From positions 11,180,758 through 11,244,757 of the forward strand of contig OZ316895.1 in NCBI GenBank assembly GCA_973895155.1: DNA of 64,000 nt, given 5' to 3'. The position numbers were made by a program, and so were the translations under genes. The notes beneath the pieces are model-generated. The model did no database searches. It was not told the DNA's origin and saw nothing but the letters and a program-made list of their open reading frames with translations. The DNA is from Marsupella aquatica. Its lineage: Eukaryota; Plantae; Marchantiophyta. Shown one piece after another: positions 24,114 to 37,800 of this stretch. Every line of letters starts with the position of its first letter. Position 1 is the first letter of the stretch.

Positions 24114-27100
24114 CTAATTTGTGGAATGACTTTCATCTGATTCCAAATCATTCCTACTACTACTATTGATTTCCGCACTGCTAAACTCCCTATCAGTTTT
24201 GGCGGTCAGGGCACATGGCTTTTGGGATCAAGGATGGAGTAATTCGCTTTATCCCAAAGAAGACAGATAAAAGAAGACTGGGAGATTGGAGAGGGCTCAC
24301 GATGCTAACAACCACCTACAAGATCATGGCAAAGCTTCTTGCCTTGAGGCTGAAGATTCATCTACCAAAAATGATTAGTCCACAACAAACAGGCTTCATA
24401 CCCGGAAGGCACATATTAGAAAACATCTCCCTTACCTGGCTTGCTAGTGACTGGATTAACCTCACACAGACTCCTTCTCTATTCCTGCAACTGGACTTCG
24501 AAAAAGCATTTGACAGGGTAGACCACTTTTACATCTGGGAAACCATGAACTTGCTTGGAATAGGATCTCATTTCATCTTTTTAGTTCGATCTCTATTGAG
24601 CGACGGATGTTCCAAAGCGCTGGTGAATGGTTTGTGGACAGAAGATATCAGGATGAGACGTGGTGTGAGGCAAGGATGCCCCCTCTCTCCTCTGTTGTTT
24701 GCCATCTCCACTCAACCTTTCATGGATTTCTGTAATGCAGAGATAGCAGCTGGAAGGCTTCAGGGTCTGAGAATCAATTCATCTCTATCTATTTGCTTCA
24801 GATTATTTGCGGATGATTTAGGGATGTTTATTCCTGCCACTGCCATAGCTTTTGAACAAGCCAAAAATGCTATCCACTGCTATGAATGTGCTACTGGAGC
24901 CAAATTGAATTTGAAAAAATCAATTATTATCCCCTTTGCTCTGGATGTGATCCCTGACTGGCTCAGAGACACTGGATGTCGAATAAGCGAAACTGCAGAG
25001 ATACAGAAATATCTGGGTGCCCCCTTTGGAGTAGAAATTCTAGAGACACAACTACACAATTTCTGTCTCGATAGAATTAGTGCACGACTGTCACCCTGGT
25101 CGTCATGTTTTCTATCATTTACAGGAAGGCTACTGCTAATCAAACATGTTTTACAGGCAATTCCTATCTACCATATGATGTTTATTCGATCTTCTTAGGT
25201 ATTAGCGAAGAAGTTGACAAAACTTAATAGGACTTTCCTATGGGGAACGAATCTGCAAGGAGGGAGGAGGATCCCTCTGGTGGCGTGGGATAAGCTGACA
25301 AGACCAAAGCTGGAAGGTGGACTTGGACTCAAGGACTTTCGGAGTCACTCTGATGCGCTTTTATGCAAATGGTTCACAGGTGCATTAGATGATCCTAGCT
25401 CTGAGTGGGCTCAAATGTACGCAGAGAATCTCAGGCTAACCAAATGGCGTAACTACAAGACGGTGAGAAGAAGCCTGTACTCTTTGAGTGACAAATTACT
25501 ATTGAGCACTCCTAGGCACTTTGGGAAACTTGTTTATACAGGGAAACTTTGGAGTGCATGGGAGATGGCGAGAGAACATCTGATCTTTTGCCCAGGCGGG
25601 GGAGCGATACCTAGGCACTGGGGTTTCGAAGACTTGGTAAGGAGTATGCAGGGGTTCTATGATTTACCTGAAGAATGCCTCATGGAAATTATTAGAGCGT
25701 TTGGGAGTTTGGGGATGAGAAGAGTGGAGGATCTGTGGTCTACTAGGAATCGGAACTGGAAAGACATCTCTGGAAGACTGCATAGGATGAGAGGACTTTC
25801 CTCTATTGCCAGGACGCATTGCATTTCTTTATATAGTGTGATATGTTGCTCTACTGTTGGGGACCGGGAATCTGGTGCTGTTGCTCGACTGTGGAAATGG
25901 AATGATACTGAGATTGAAATGAGGAGATTTACCAAAACAAATCTGAGAATGTATGAGATGCTGCGACCTAAAGGCTCTGATTGGGAAAGGCTTAATCGTA
26001 TATGGATTGTGACACTGAATGAGCAGGAATGGAGCGCAGTCTGGAAGGGGTTGTGGTATTCGGACCTCTCTACGCGAGCTAAGATTTTTATATGGCGAAT
26101 TATTGCTCAAGGGCTATTCTCTGGTGTTCGGGCCCTGAGAATTGGGAAATCGAATGGATGCTGCACAATGTGCACCTCTAGGATAGAAACCTTACCACAC
26201 TTATTTTGGCAATGTAAGCATGCTGGCAATGTTTGGACTGAGATGAAGAGATGGATGAGAGGAGAGCTTATCAGAAACTTTACAAGTATTGTTGACCTGC
26301 TGTGCTCCATCCAGGGACGCTCACCTCTTCTATCATTGAGAGCCTTCATAATTTATCAGGTTTTGTGGCACTTGTGGAATGCTCGGAATGTACAGGTGTT
26401 CGAACTATCACCCTACCGCTCTTTTGATCCGATGCAAATCATTTCTGAGTGCATGGATCACATCACGGCGGTGTCGGCGGGAGCTACCTCCCCCTCTTGT
26501 AGGAAACAGGAACGGCTGCAGACAGCTTTGAAGCTCCTAGAAACAGAACGTAGGGTAATTTTAAGGGCACAAGTAAGAAGAATAGTGACTGTTAGAAGCT
26601 GAAATGGACCTTCAGAGTAGATAGTGCTTTGCTGAGCAGTTCTTGGATGACAGTGCTTTGCTGAGAAGTTCTTGGATCCTGAGATTACCTTGGGGGTCAC
26701 TCCCCTGCTTGAGTATGTAGTGGACATTTAGGTGAGCTTTTGGTGGTGTGCTTTCATCTGCTTAAATTGGCCCGTGATTGGTCTACTCTGTTTTTCTTTC
26801 CCTCTGAGGACTTCTTTTGCCTGTGGGCCTGCTGATTCCCTCTCCGTGGGGTTCAAGCGGAATAAATGAAATTTATTATAAAAAAAAACTCCCTATCAGT
26901 TGACTCAGCGGACTCGTCCACATATCTCTTCACATGACCCGCCTCAACATCTATGAAAGGAAGGCTGTACAAATTCCTCCGAGCGCCATGATCTGACCTC
27001 CGACCTTTTCCTTCCCAAGTCATAACAAAAGTCTCATCTGCTTCAATTGCAGACTTCTCCGCATAGCAAGGTAGAGTGAACGATTTCTCAGGCAAGAAGA

Positions 27101-28520
27101 GAAAAGCGCCCTCAATTTCCTTTCGGAGCCAAAATCTCTCCTCCGAGAACCAATCTACACGCCGATCACTGTAAGAAGCAAAACCAGCAGCCGATTAATT
27201 CAAGGTGGAAAAAACTTAACTTAACTTTCTAAACACAGCTGGATTTGGTATGAGACAGGATAAGTACATTACTCCAAGTCAAATTCATCGTAGTCATCTT
27301 TCCCATCCGGAGCAAGAACTTTCGTTCTTCCACCACTCGATCCGGCAAGAGTAAACTCGTCATCTGAATCCCCGTCCTCCAATGACTCAGTACCCATCCC
27401 GATAGTGATGTCTTCAATTTTCTTATGGCGATCCAAAACCAACTTCAACGACTCTTGCGCAGCATCATGGAGAAATTCCCTATCCTCAACCCCAACTACA
27501 AACCTCCCGGAGAGTTCCCCCGCTCGGAATGAACTTCCATCTCCAACATTCCAATCTAGCACAATGTCTCTTGGCTTTGTTAAAAGCTCCATCACCGCCT
27601 GCATGAATCCAACAGATAATCCACAAGACCCTGCAAAAGCTAACTCAGTCCTGACATTGATTTTTGGGTAACAAAGACTGAGTAACTTCTTATGAGATGC
27701 ATCCTCGGATGTTGCCATGGGGATGTACTTTGGGTCCTTGGGATCTTCCCATCAAATTCAGTTCGACAAAACACATCCAGACTGAGATTGCAAACCTGGA
27801 AAAGCAAAAAATATGTCAAATATTGAGGCTGTGAAGGCTAGCGACCTCGCTGGCAAAAAAACACCTATAATTTAAACCAAAAACTCTTGACATCTCACCT
27901 CAACATCGATGTCTGGCATCCACATTGGGCTACTCAACAAAACGTGGTACTGACGAAGATGTTTGAATTTATTCTTCTGCTCAATGGCAGCAAAAATCTG
28001 CTTCATGTGGTTAAATTCTCCACTATGGAGAACAGCCACATATCCATCATCGGACAGCATGGGCCTCATGACTCCGAAGAAGTAATAAGGAAGTTTCTCC
28101 ATCCAAACATTCCATTCTGGCACCTTCACATCAGTAACACGAGGCCTTAGTCCTGTAGGAAGAGCAATGAACCCAAGATGGGCACTGGTACCGGTGTAAG
28201 GCTTGCCATTGATTCTTAGGGGATTCGGATGTTCTGAAGAACTCAAAATCTCACTCAGCCAGCGATCCCCCTCCCCCATCCACGAAGGTCGAACTTTCTT
28301 CAAAGCAATGGAGTCTGCTATGAAACGTAAATTACTCTTGGCAAAGAAATGTCGATTCCCATCCAGTTGAAGTCCACATATCCTCATCACACCCTCACTA
28401 ATTGACCCTTCCTCATCTTCTGAATCTGAGAGCACTTGAACTTTTCTCTTCTTCTTAAGCTTATCACCAATTGGTTTCGTCACAATCTCAAAATCCGGAG
28501 ATTCAGGTTCAATGGGATCC
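24114..28520 (-). pseudogene. Second beta-class DNA amino-methyltransferase-like spliced gene, last exon interrupted by an L1
   Basis: AHLGFIALPTG...MRPMLSDDGYVAVL (motif IV-VI-like) then MELLTKPRDIVLDWNVGDGSSFRAGELSGRFVVGVE (motif I-like). With the L1 removed the last exon reads ESTDREFSSAEINSSSRNDLESDESHSTN* to 24114. Confidence 0.6.
24199..26885 (+). mobile_element. 5'-truncated L1-clade LINE (RT plus zf-RVT) with poly(A) tail and 16-bp TSD
   Basis: RT motifs WRGLTML, QTGFIPGR, LDFEKAFDRV, GVRQGCPLSP, LFADD, KYLG. C-terminal CTMC..ETLPHLFWQC. One in-frame stop at 25196-25198. TSD AAACTCCCTATCAGTT at 24183-24198 and 26886-26901. Confidence 0.95.
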
Positions 28521-28729
28521 TGTCACCCATGATTCAGCATGGTCTGGACACTCTCTGAACCAGCCGACCTTCTCTTTTCTGGAAAACAAAAGAGAACCAA
28601 AAACCTCAGAAAACGAGAATTTGCAAAGAAAGGACTAAACATTAGAAGTCGATGGAGAGTTAGGACGATGAGCACACTTACTTCTCCTGCCAAAAACATG
28701 ACACTAGAAGAAAACAGGGCCCTTTATGA

Positions 28730-29600
28730 CCAATCACCCAATGACGGAGATGAATAAATGACCAAAATTTTTAATGACACAAAAAGAATGACAGGGGAAT
28801 GACTGTCCACAATGACCAATGGACTGAAATGACAAAAAGTTAACTTTTGCGTCATTTTGTATAATGTCTATAATGACTGATGTGACCAAAATGACCCAAT
28901 TTCCCTAAATGGTGAATTTAGACACATGTCTTAAATGACGCAATTAATAACAACAATGATAAATCAGTGTTTAACAACATTATAGTCACTCTGGACAATG
29001 ATTGAAATGACCAAAAATCTATTTGAGTCATTTTGGACAACGGTGATAAATGACAAAAAATGTATTACCGTCATTTTAACCAACAGGGTTAAATGACAAA
29101 ATATAGGGTCAATCTGAAAATGAGAATATATCAATGTTTACAACAACATATTGTCATTATGGACTTCTCCCATAAATGACTAACTCTAGAGTCAATCTTG
29201 AAATTAGGACATATCAGTGTTTACAAGAACATACCGTCATTATGGACTTCTCTCATAAATGACTAACTCTAGGCTAGGGTCAATCTTGAAATTAGGACAT
29301 ATCAGTGTTTACAAGAACATACCATCATTATGGACTTCTCTCATAAATGACTAACTCTAGAGTCAAACTTGAAATTAGGATATATCGGTGTTTACAATAA
29401 TATACTGTCATTATGGACTTGTTGCATAAATGACTAAATATAGGGTCAATCTAAAAATCATGATATATCAATATTTACAATAACATACAGTCATTATGGA
29501 CTTATTGCATAAATGACTACTTATAGAGTCATTAAAGAACCCAAGAGATATGAAGATTAAAATACTCAATAGTCATTCCAGACACCGGTCATAATTGTAG
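28730..29600. repeat. ATGAC/GTCAT-rich region including ~85-bp tandem repeat (about 5 copies, ~29100-29530)
   Basis: Repeated GTCAATCTTGAAATTAGGACATATCAGTGTTTACAAGAACATACCGTCATTATGGACTT..CATAAATGACT. Confidence 0.85.
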
Positions 29601-29614
29601 AGTCATTGATATAG

Positions 29615-30192
29615 TTGATAACCCTTCCACTAAGTGCGGGACACAATACTCATCATTGTCCTCCCACTGGTTGGGGCATTAACAATTTGAACACATGTCT
29701 TGCATTTACTTTAGGCATGATGCACCTAGCTTTGGGGAAATCACTCCCAAGTCATACACCTTTGGAGTGATTTTCCATAAGTGTCACCATATATAGATGC
29801 GCGCATACTACCGTATCCAAAGGCAAATGAAACCTTTTTGTCTCTCCAAGAAGTAGGGCAATACCAATGGAAGGTTGTCATCCTTTGTTGTAATTGTGTC
29901 ATGTTTGTGCCGGTGTTTGGATGGGGAATATTTTAATTTGCAAATAAATAGTGATGGGGCATTCAAGGAGCTAGTGTAATCTTTATTGGGTCATTTCTAA
30001 AAATATTTGCATCACAAATACCAATGACTACAAGTAGGGTCATTAAATTTGTCATATGGACTGTCATATAAGTCAAGTGACTGGACTTGTGGTTATTTGT
30101 GTGGTCCCTCATGCAGTCATTAAACACAAGCACAAATGACCAGTTTGGGGCTGGGGGCTTGAGGTGGGCCCTAGAGTGCTATGGGGCCCCAC
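29615..30192. repeat. First unit of the ~578-bp tandem array (left of the gypsy insertion)
   Basis: Same unit as 45736-50350. The unit continues seamlessly across TSD CCCAC. Confidence 0.85.
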
Positions 30193-33100
30193 TGTGGTGC
30201 GTCCCATGGCTCCCTAAACCCAAGAAACCCCCCAGCTCAAGCCGATTCCCGCAGGTTTCGTGCTTGGCGAGGCCGTTTCCGCGGCTTAGCGGCATGGGAC
30301 GCTGCTAACCTTCTACTACTACTATTAACATTTTACACACATATACTGGACAGATCCTTCATCGGGTCATGAGATACGTAGCCGGCCTACTATAGGCCTT
30401 CCCCTGTCTTCCCCTGTCTTCCCCTCCGTCTTGTTAGGTATGTTTGGATTCCGCCGCCGGAATGATCCCCAATAGGCTTGGTTAAGCCGCTAAGACCTCT
30501 CTCAGCTCGACACATCCAACTCTCACTCCCCTGCTTACTTTCCTTCCTTCTGTTGATGTGGGCACTCTTCACACAAGTTAATGCGACACACAAATAGCAA
30601 AATGACTCATTCTGATTGAGTCATACCATGCACTTGCCATACAAACAGTACATCTCATACACAAGTTCTGCGAACTAAGCCGTGAGGCCAACTCTATTCA
30701 GCTCTTAGGCATGAGGAAACATGAATATACACAAGGGTCACTGTATGACTAACCGAGAGCTTCTCGTACTACTTGATCCCAGCCCGGCTGGTGCAAACTA
30801 AAAACTTGCTAAAGAAGAGGCCCTGAGCTCCCCGCTGCCCAGGTACTTATCCTGGTAGTGGATCCGCCATTCTTTGCATCGTAAGCCTAATCTACTTAAC
30901 AGTAATCTACTTGCCTGAATCTACCTATGTACAGCAAGGCAGGAGCACAAGTGTTGCTCCTACCAGTGGGACCGCAATCCCACTAAGCTAAGTGTCAGGG
31001 CCGCTCCTGGTTCTGATCCTAATCCTAAACGTGGAGATCCGTGCCCGCCCTGCCCACTCACGCCTCCTCCCTCCACGTCCGCCCTCCCTAAAAGGAACGG
31101 CACCCTTGCACCGTCACGACACCGGTGGTGGATCCTCAATGGACGCCCCCAACACTTCCTCCTCAGCCACTGCCGTTGGCCCGCCTACTGACAGATTACC
31201 TGCCCTTGACCGAGTCAACTCTCCATCGGCCTGACTGGGTCCACCTTTGGCTTCAGCCTCGACACCGGCCTCGGCAATACCCACGGCTTCGGCCTCAGCC
31301 ACTCCCACGGCTTCGGCTTCCCCTTCCCCTAGGGTAGTTGGATCCTTAGCCGTGACCCTGTCTGGGGTCGGTGCTGGGTCTACCTCCTTGATCACCACGG
31401 CCTGTGAAGTCGTATTACTCCTTGACCCTGAAGGTTTCCGCTTCTTCTTCGTTGGTGGCTCGGCAGCTGGTCCCTTCCCCTTCCCACTTACCTCCGGCAC
31501 TGGTGCAGGTGGCGCGGCTTGTCCTTCGGCAATTACCACCCCTGGTAACTGGTTTGTCCCAACAGGAGATGGACCTGCTGCAGCTAAGCATTTAAATACT
31601 GCGGCTTGTTTCTTCAGCCGCTCTGTTTGGTTGTCGGCCCGCCGCTGTAGGTTCTCCATCTTCCTCGTGATTTCGTCCAACTCCTCTTGGGTTTCATCCA
31701 GGTCCTTACGTGCCCCCTCCAGCTCGTTTTTGGCCTCCTCCTGCTCCCTGTGGGCTTCCTCCAATTCCTTCTTCAAGGTAGCCTTCTCCTCCTGGGTTGC
31801 TCTTAGCTCCTTGTCGAGCTCTGCAATGATGACAGACTCCATCTGGTTCATCTTGGCGTAAGTCTGTTCGAGCATCTCGTCCTTCTCCCTTAGGTCGGCC
31901 TTGAAGCTGGCCGTCAGGGACGCAAGCTCCTGCTGCAGCGCCATAATCCCTTGATAGGATTTCCCTAACTCGACCTCCTTCTGCTCAAGGGCTCCGCGGA
32001 TTTTCTCGAGCTCCCCTTTCAACGCCCATTCCTTTCTTTGGGTCTCCGCCATGGCCCGGCTGTTGGCTGTTATGTGGGCCTCCTCTGTATTCTTCAGCTC
32101 TTGCTTCCACTTTTCCCTTTCTTTGATCGTGTCGGCCAACTCTTCCTGCGTCTGAGTCAGTTTATCCTTGATATTCTGATTATCAGCCTGCGCGGCGTCC
32201 AACTGCCCCTGCATGATGTTCAGCTCATGTCGTTTAATCCGCAGTTCATCTTGGGCTTTCTTGGCCGCCCTTAGATCTTCAATCTCGGCTTCCATCCTCC
32301 TAAGCCGCCGAATGACCTCGTCCTTCTTGCTTCTCTCTAAAGCCACCGCTTCTTCTAATTGGTGCTTCTCCAACTGCTCCCTATGGAAAAAGGGTCCTAC
32401 CTCCAACTCCTCTCCAAAGATGCCGAGCGCAAGTTCCCCACACATCTCACCATACTCCATGGCTCTATTCTTAGCGTAGGTGGAGTAAGTAGAAGTGATC
32501 GGCATCGCCCATCGTGGCCTCTGCTCCCAAGCCGTCCTGCGGATCTCTTCAATCGTGGCTAGAGGTTTGCTTCCTTTTTCGGCTAGCCGCCTGATGTCCT
32601 CCGGCCAATCTCCTCCTGGTAAATCCTTTTCCTTAGCCAGGGCGGCCTCTTCCTCCTGCTTGATTCGCTCCTGAAATTCCTGCACCGTCTGTTTTATGCC
32701 GTCGAAGCTCGGGGGAGCAACATCTGGTGGGGGAGACTCAGGGCTACTCTACTGGTTGGGGTCCCCTCGCACTACCCTTGGCAGTGTGGGGACAAACCGG
32801 CCACAGGTCCTTACTCCTGGAACGTGATGGTCCGACCCATAGCCGGAATTATCATGGCTGCAGTCCTCCACTGCCTCCTCTACCTCTTGGACGTCCGGCT
32901 TCTCCCTCTCCTCTTCGTTGGTAGGAGCTTCAGGCAATTCTGCCTCAGATTCGGAGCTTGAGGTTCCCATGTACATTCGAACACCTGGCTTGGATTCCGG
33001 CCTGATTCTCTCCTTGTCTCCAGCAAAGGGGTTTTCTCTTGTGAGCCGGTGTAGGCCTACCTCTGTAGTAGTGTCCTGCATTGTTGCCGTTGCCGTTGTT

Positions 33101-34828
33101 TTTGCCGATGCCGATTTCTTTTCTTTCTCCAGTAGTTTCAGCAGACTCTGCATGCCTGGTTGCTGCATCGGCAAGTCTTCCTTCCTGGGCCTAAACACCT
33201 GCTCGATCGTAGGACTAACAGGTGGTTGAGGCTTCTCAGCCAACGGCCTCGGCGTTGGAGCTTCCTCGGGTGCCCTTACCTGCAGGGGAAGTACCGGGGC
33301 AAAAGTCTGACCTCTGGCATACCGGCACAACAGCAGCATGTGATAGCCAAGCCGCGACACGCTCCCCATGCCGATTACCTGCTGCTCCTCCTTTAAGATC
33401 TTCTTCAATTGGTTGAGGAGGTACCCGTTGTAGTCCCGGCTTGGGTCTGGCCTTTCTGCCAGATAGACCTGTGCCTTGCCGATCTCTGCCCTCGGCAAGT
33501 TACAATGCATGGTCACCCGCAAGAAGTCGATCATCTCTCCTATGTGCGGGTTGGTGCAGGTGTTCCGGAAGAAGCCATTCTTCGTTGATGGCCCGGGGAA
33601 CGACCGGAACTCCTTGTCAGGCAAGGTCTTCCTGGTATCAACTTTGGTCTTATTGCCCATCGGCAAGCCAAACACTTCAGCAATCACCTTGGGAGTAAGA
33701 TAGAAATCCTTCCCATATATCCTCGTGCAATTGGTCTCGGGTTCCCATGACCCCACAAATTCTAATAGGTCTGACTCCGGTACCTCCGGCTTCAGCCATG
33801 GTAATCTTACAAAGGCCTCCAAGTCGGATCCGGCCATGAAGCCTTGGTACTTCTTGGTCTGCATGGCCGTAAAGCATGCATCCTCCTCCCGTGCAAAATG
33901 TAGTTGCACCTCCACCGGTAGGGTTGCCGCCCAGCCCTTCCAGGTGTCATCCCTGGTTGGAATGGCCTTGATGGGATCGACCTCCTCCTCTTCGGCTTCT
34001 CCCTGCCTCCTGCTCTGCTGCTCGGCTGGCTTCTTTGGTGCCGCCGACCTCGTTCTTTTTGCCGGGGTGGCTTCATCGTTGACGGCTCCCTTCCTCTTCA
34101 TCTCTGCTGCCGTGGAGGTCTCTCCTAGCACCGTTGCCCGGGTCCACCTTTCCGTGCTACCCTTTAATTCCCAGTGTATGTCGTTGCAGTTCTTGATGGC
34201 CTCTTGGATGCCGACGACGTTGTCTTTGCAAAACAGAAGATCGTCGAGTTGATTGGAAGTAGGCGTCCACAGGAACTCGTCCTTGATGAGTTCGCCTCCT
34301 AAGAAAGCCGTCTTCTGCAGCTCCCACAATCGAGCGAGCTCCTGCCATTCTCGAGCTGCCCTTTCTGACTCCTCGTCCTCGTAAGTCTTGATGTACTCAG
34401 TTGCCCGTTCGAACAGGCATCCCCAGAAATGTGCCGCTTGATTGACGTTGCTCATACCCTCCTTAGGTTGATCGTCGGTATCTACTCTCTCCCCGAGTGC
34501 TTGCCTAAGCAGCTGACAGTAGTTGGCCTCCCGTAGTCGTCTGCCTAGTTCGTGCTCGCAAATGAGCCACCATCTCCTGCAAGCGCTCCTTACCCCTCTC
34601 CTCTGCCGGTCCTTCTTCCCGTTGATCCTTCCTAGCCGCCGACGCTTAACGCGCCCTAACCCTAATCGGGTTTTCACCCTCAGCCTTACCTCCGGCCTCT
34701 GCCCGGGTTCCATGGTTGCCCCTAATTGTTTATATTTTCCTTGTTTTGTCACTATACTAAGGTGTTCCTAGGGTGCCTTCCTGCTTTACCCACTTAACCG
34801 GTCGAGTGATTCCTGTCTAGGCATCACA
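30193..34828 (-). repeat. 3' LTR (4636 bp)
   Basis: Near-identical to 41052-45735 and 58048-62683. Ends TGTGGTGC...GGCATCACA. Confidence 0.97.
31114..34752 (-). CDS. LTR-encoded ~1200-aa ORF (basic N-terminus, PMD/Transposase_32-like segment, long coiled coil), one premature stop
   Basis: ORFs 32749-34752 and 31114-32685 are in frame, separated by one CAG>TAG at 32749-32751. Contains LLEFVGSW....IYGKDFYLTPKVIAEVFGLP. First ATG at 34713. Confidence 0.85.
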
Positions 34829-37800
34829 TAGCTCCCCACTTAATTGTGAAGCGTCCTCGCGAACAACTTCATCTTCGTCCATATAGTATTTCTTGAGGCG
34901 GTCATAATGGATGCGAACTGGATATACCTCTCCCGTAATGTTGGCCAATTGTACGGAGCCATTGGGGAACATCATGGTTACTCTAAAGGGTCCTAACCAG
35001 CGAGTGTAAAGCTTCCCTGGAAACCTACTATACCTACTGTCATAAAGTAACACAAGATCACCGGTATGAATACTAACTACTTTTAACCTTTTATCATACT
35101 GCTGCTTCATGATATTCTGTCTATATTCTACTCTCTCGGCTGAAATCATTCTCGCTTCCTCTAAAGCTTCTAACCTATATTCTCGCTCCTTTAGGCTCTC
35201 CTCCGCTGAGGCTCTTTCCTCAATTGTAACTTGAAATGTCGGTATCTCAAGTTGCATGGGTACCAGGGCTTCTTGTCCAAAGGTTAAGAAGAAGGGTGTA
35301 TGACCGGTAGTGGATTTATAGGCAAGATTGTAAGCAAAAACAGCAGCAAACAATTTATCATCCCAATCGAGTTTGTTCTGAGCTACTGTCTTGTTCAATA
35401 TCTTTCCTATGATTCCGTTTGTTCGTTCTGTCAACCCGTTTGCCTTTGGATGGTAGGGAGTAGTAGGCCTATGTTTAACTAAATACTGCTCATTTAAACG
35501 ACTAATTATATCATTCAAAAAATGGGTTCCTCTATCACTAACTAATTCTAGGGGTGCTCCATACCTGGTGAAGATCTGCTCATACATGAATCTAGCCGTA
35601 GTAATTGCATCATCCTTCGTTGTTGGTCTGGCCTCTACCCATTTAGTTGCATAATCCGTAGCCAGGATTATGTACTTGTTCCGTCGAGGGTGGGTCAGTG
35701 GTTTCAGAGGTCCAATGTAATCAATACCCCACTTCTCGAATGGTGCCAGAGGTAGAATAGGGTGCAGTGGATGCCTGGTGGACGCCCTTGGTCCTCCCGC
35801 TCGTTGACAAGGATCGCATTGTTTGATAAACTGATAGACATCCTTGTGCAAGGTGGGCCACCAGTAACCGGCATTTAATATCTTCTTAGACGTGGTTACT
35901 GGGGCAAAATGTCCTCCGGCCTCCTCTCCATGCATGGCCCGTAGGACTCGTTTTACCTCTCTCTTCTCCAAACACCTTTGAATCGTGCCGTTGATTCCAT
36001 GCTTGTGCAGTATGCCTTTAATGCACTGATACTGTCTGACCTTCCGCACAAAGACTGCGGCTTGCTCTCGGCTTAATCCTGGCTGTAATCTGGAAGTGCT
36101 GAGAAATTGTAAAATCTCAGGGTACCATGTACCAGCTATTTCCACAACGAATAGCTCCTCGTCGGGGAATCGATCATCGATGCAATCCGTGGCAGGTTTA
36201 CCTGTGATCCTTGAAAAGAAGTCGGCATTGGCATGTAACTTTCCCGGCTTGATCCTCAGCTCATAGTCAAACTCCTGTAATAGCAAAATCCATCTTGCTA
36301 CTCTGCCTGTAAGGTCCGGCTTATTGACTAGGTACTTCAAACTTTCATGATCCGTATGAAAGATTACCTTGTACCCTAGTAAATAATGCCTAAACTTTTT
36401 ACAAGAATAAATGACTCCTAATGCTTCTCTTTCCGTGGTAGAGTAGTTCCGTTCGGCATCGGCAAGCTGACGGCTTGCGAAGTATATGGGATGGTCCCTT
36501 CCTTTCTCATCCAACTGACTTAGTACTGAGCCAATACAGAAGCCCGAGACATCTACAAAAACATGAAAATCTTTGTTCCAGTCCGGTGCTATCATGACTG
36601 GGGCCTCTACTAACATCTGCTTCAATTCTACCACCGCTGTGACTCGTTCGGGTGTGGGTTTGAAGTCTGCTCCTGCCTTGAGCATATTGGTTAATGGTAA
36701 AGCCAGCTTGGCAAAATCCTTGATGAACCGGCGATAGTAACCAATGCATCCCAAGAAGGATCTTACATCCTTTATGTTCTTAGGTTGCATGATATCTAGC
36801 CATACTGCTAGCTTACCTTTGTCAATCTCAATGCCCTTCCTTGATACCTTGTGACCTAGTAGCACCCCCTCGGTTACTGCAAAAAAACATTTATCTGGGT
36901 GTAACTTGAGACCCACCTCCCTACATCTCATGAAGGTTTTCCTGAGGTATTTAGCATGTTTCGATGCCTTCCCGAATACTGCAAAGTCATCAATGAAGAT
37001 TTCCATGAACTTTCTCAAGTAATCATGAAAAATGTTCACCATTAATCGTTGGAACATAGCTGGTGCGTTGCAGAGTCCAAACGGCATACGATTGAAGACA
37101 TAGATCCCCCATTCCGTGATGAAGGCCATCTTGATTTGGTCTTCCTGCCGAATCCTGATTTGGTTATAACCAGAGTATCCATCCATGAATGAATATAGTT
37201 CATGACTGGCTACCATGTCTAGTACCATATCAGTAAACGGTAAAGGAAAATGGTCTTTTAATGTTGCTTCATTCAGCTTCCTGTAATCCTGACAAACCCG
37301 GATCTTGGGTTTACCATCGGGTCCAGCTTTCTTGGGAACTATCACAATTGGAGACACCCAGTCTGAATGCAGGACTGGAGTGATGAATCCAGCTTCCACT
37401 AGTTTGTCGATTTCTGTTTTGACCAGCAGGGAATACTTCGGGTTCATCCTTCGAATTGGTTGTCGAAATGATTTGGCTCCTAACATGAGATCAATTCGAT
37501 GTTCCCCTAGTGTTGGATCTACTCCCTTTAGATCTTGGTGACTCCATGCAAACACATCCTGAAATTCAATCAATAAGTCACTGATCTCTTTCTCGAGCTC
37601 AGGTGCTAGGTTTCTCCCTAAGTTCAGTTCTCTTCCCTCTCCTAAGTCGAGCTTCCGATATTGCCGTGCTTGGATCATATTAATCTGCTTCTTCAAATTC
37701 GGGTCCAGTTCGGCTTCCAGTCTCTCTAATCTCATACCTCCATAAACTGGGATCTCGGCTGGACTAGCCGAGTCGGTCCCTTCCTTGGTGTCCATAGATT

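Noticed and set aside
29100-29530. CRISPR-like array
   Set aside because: Whole units are repeated with no unique spacers, no cas genes, eukaryotic context.
34650-34670. Telomere-like CCCTAACCCTAA in each LTR
   Set aside because: Only two units, inside coding sequence (RLGLGR).
31125-34771. Many plus-strand ORFs within the LTRs
   Set aside because: Antisense shadows of the GC-rich minus-strand ORF with no recognisable domains.
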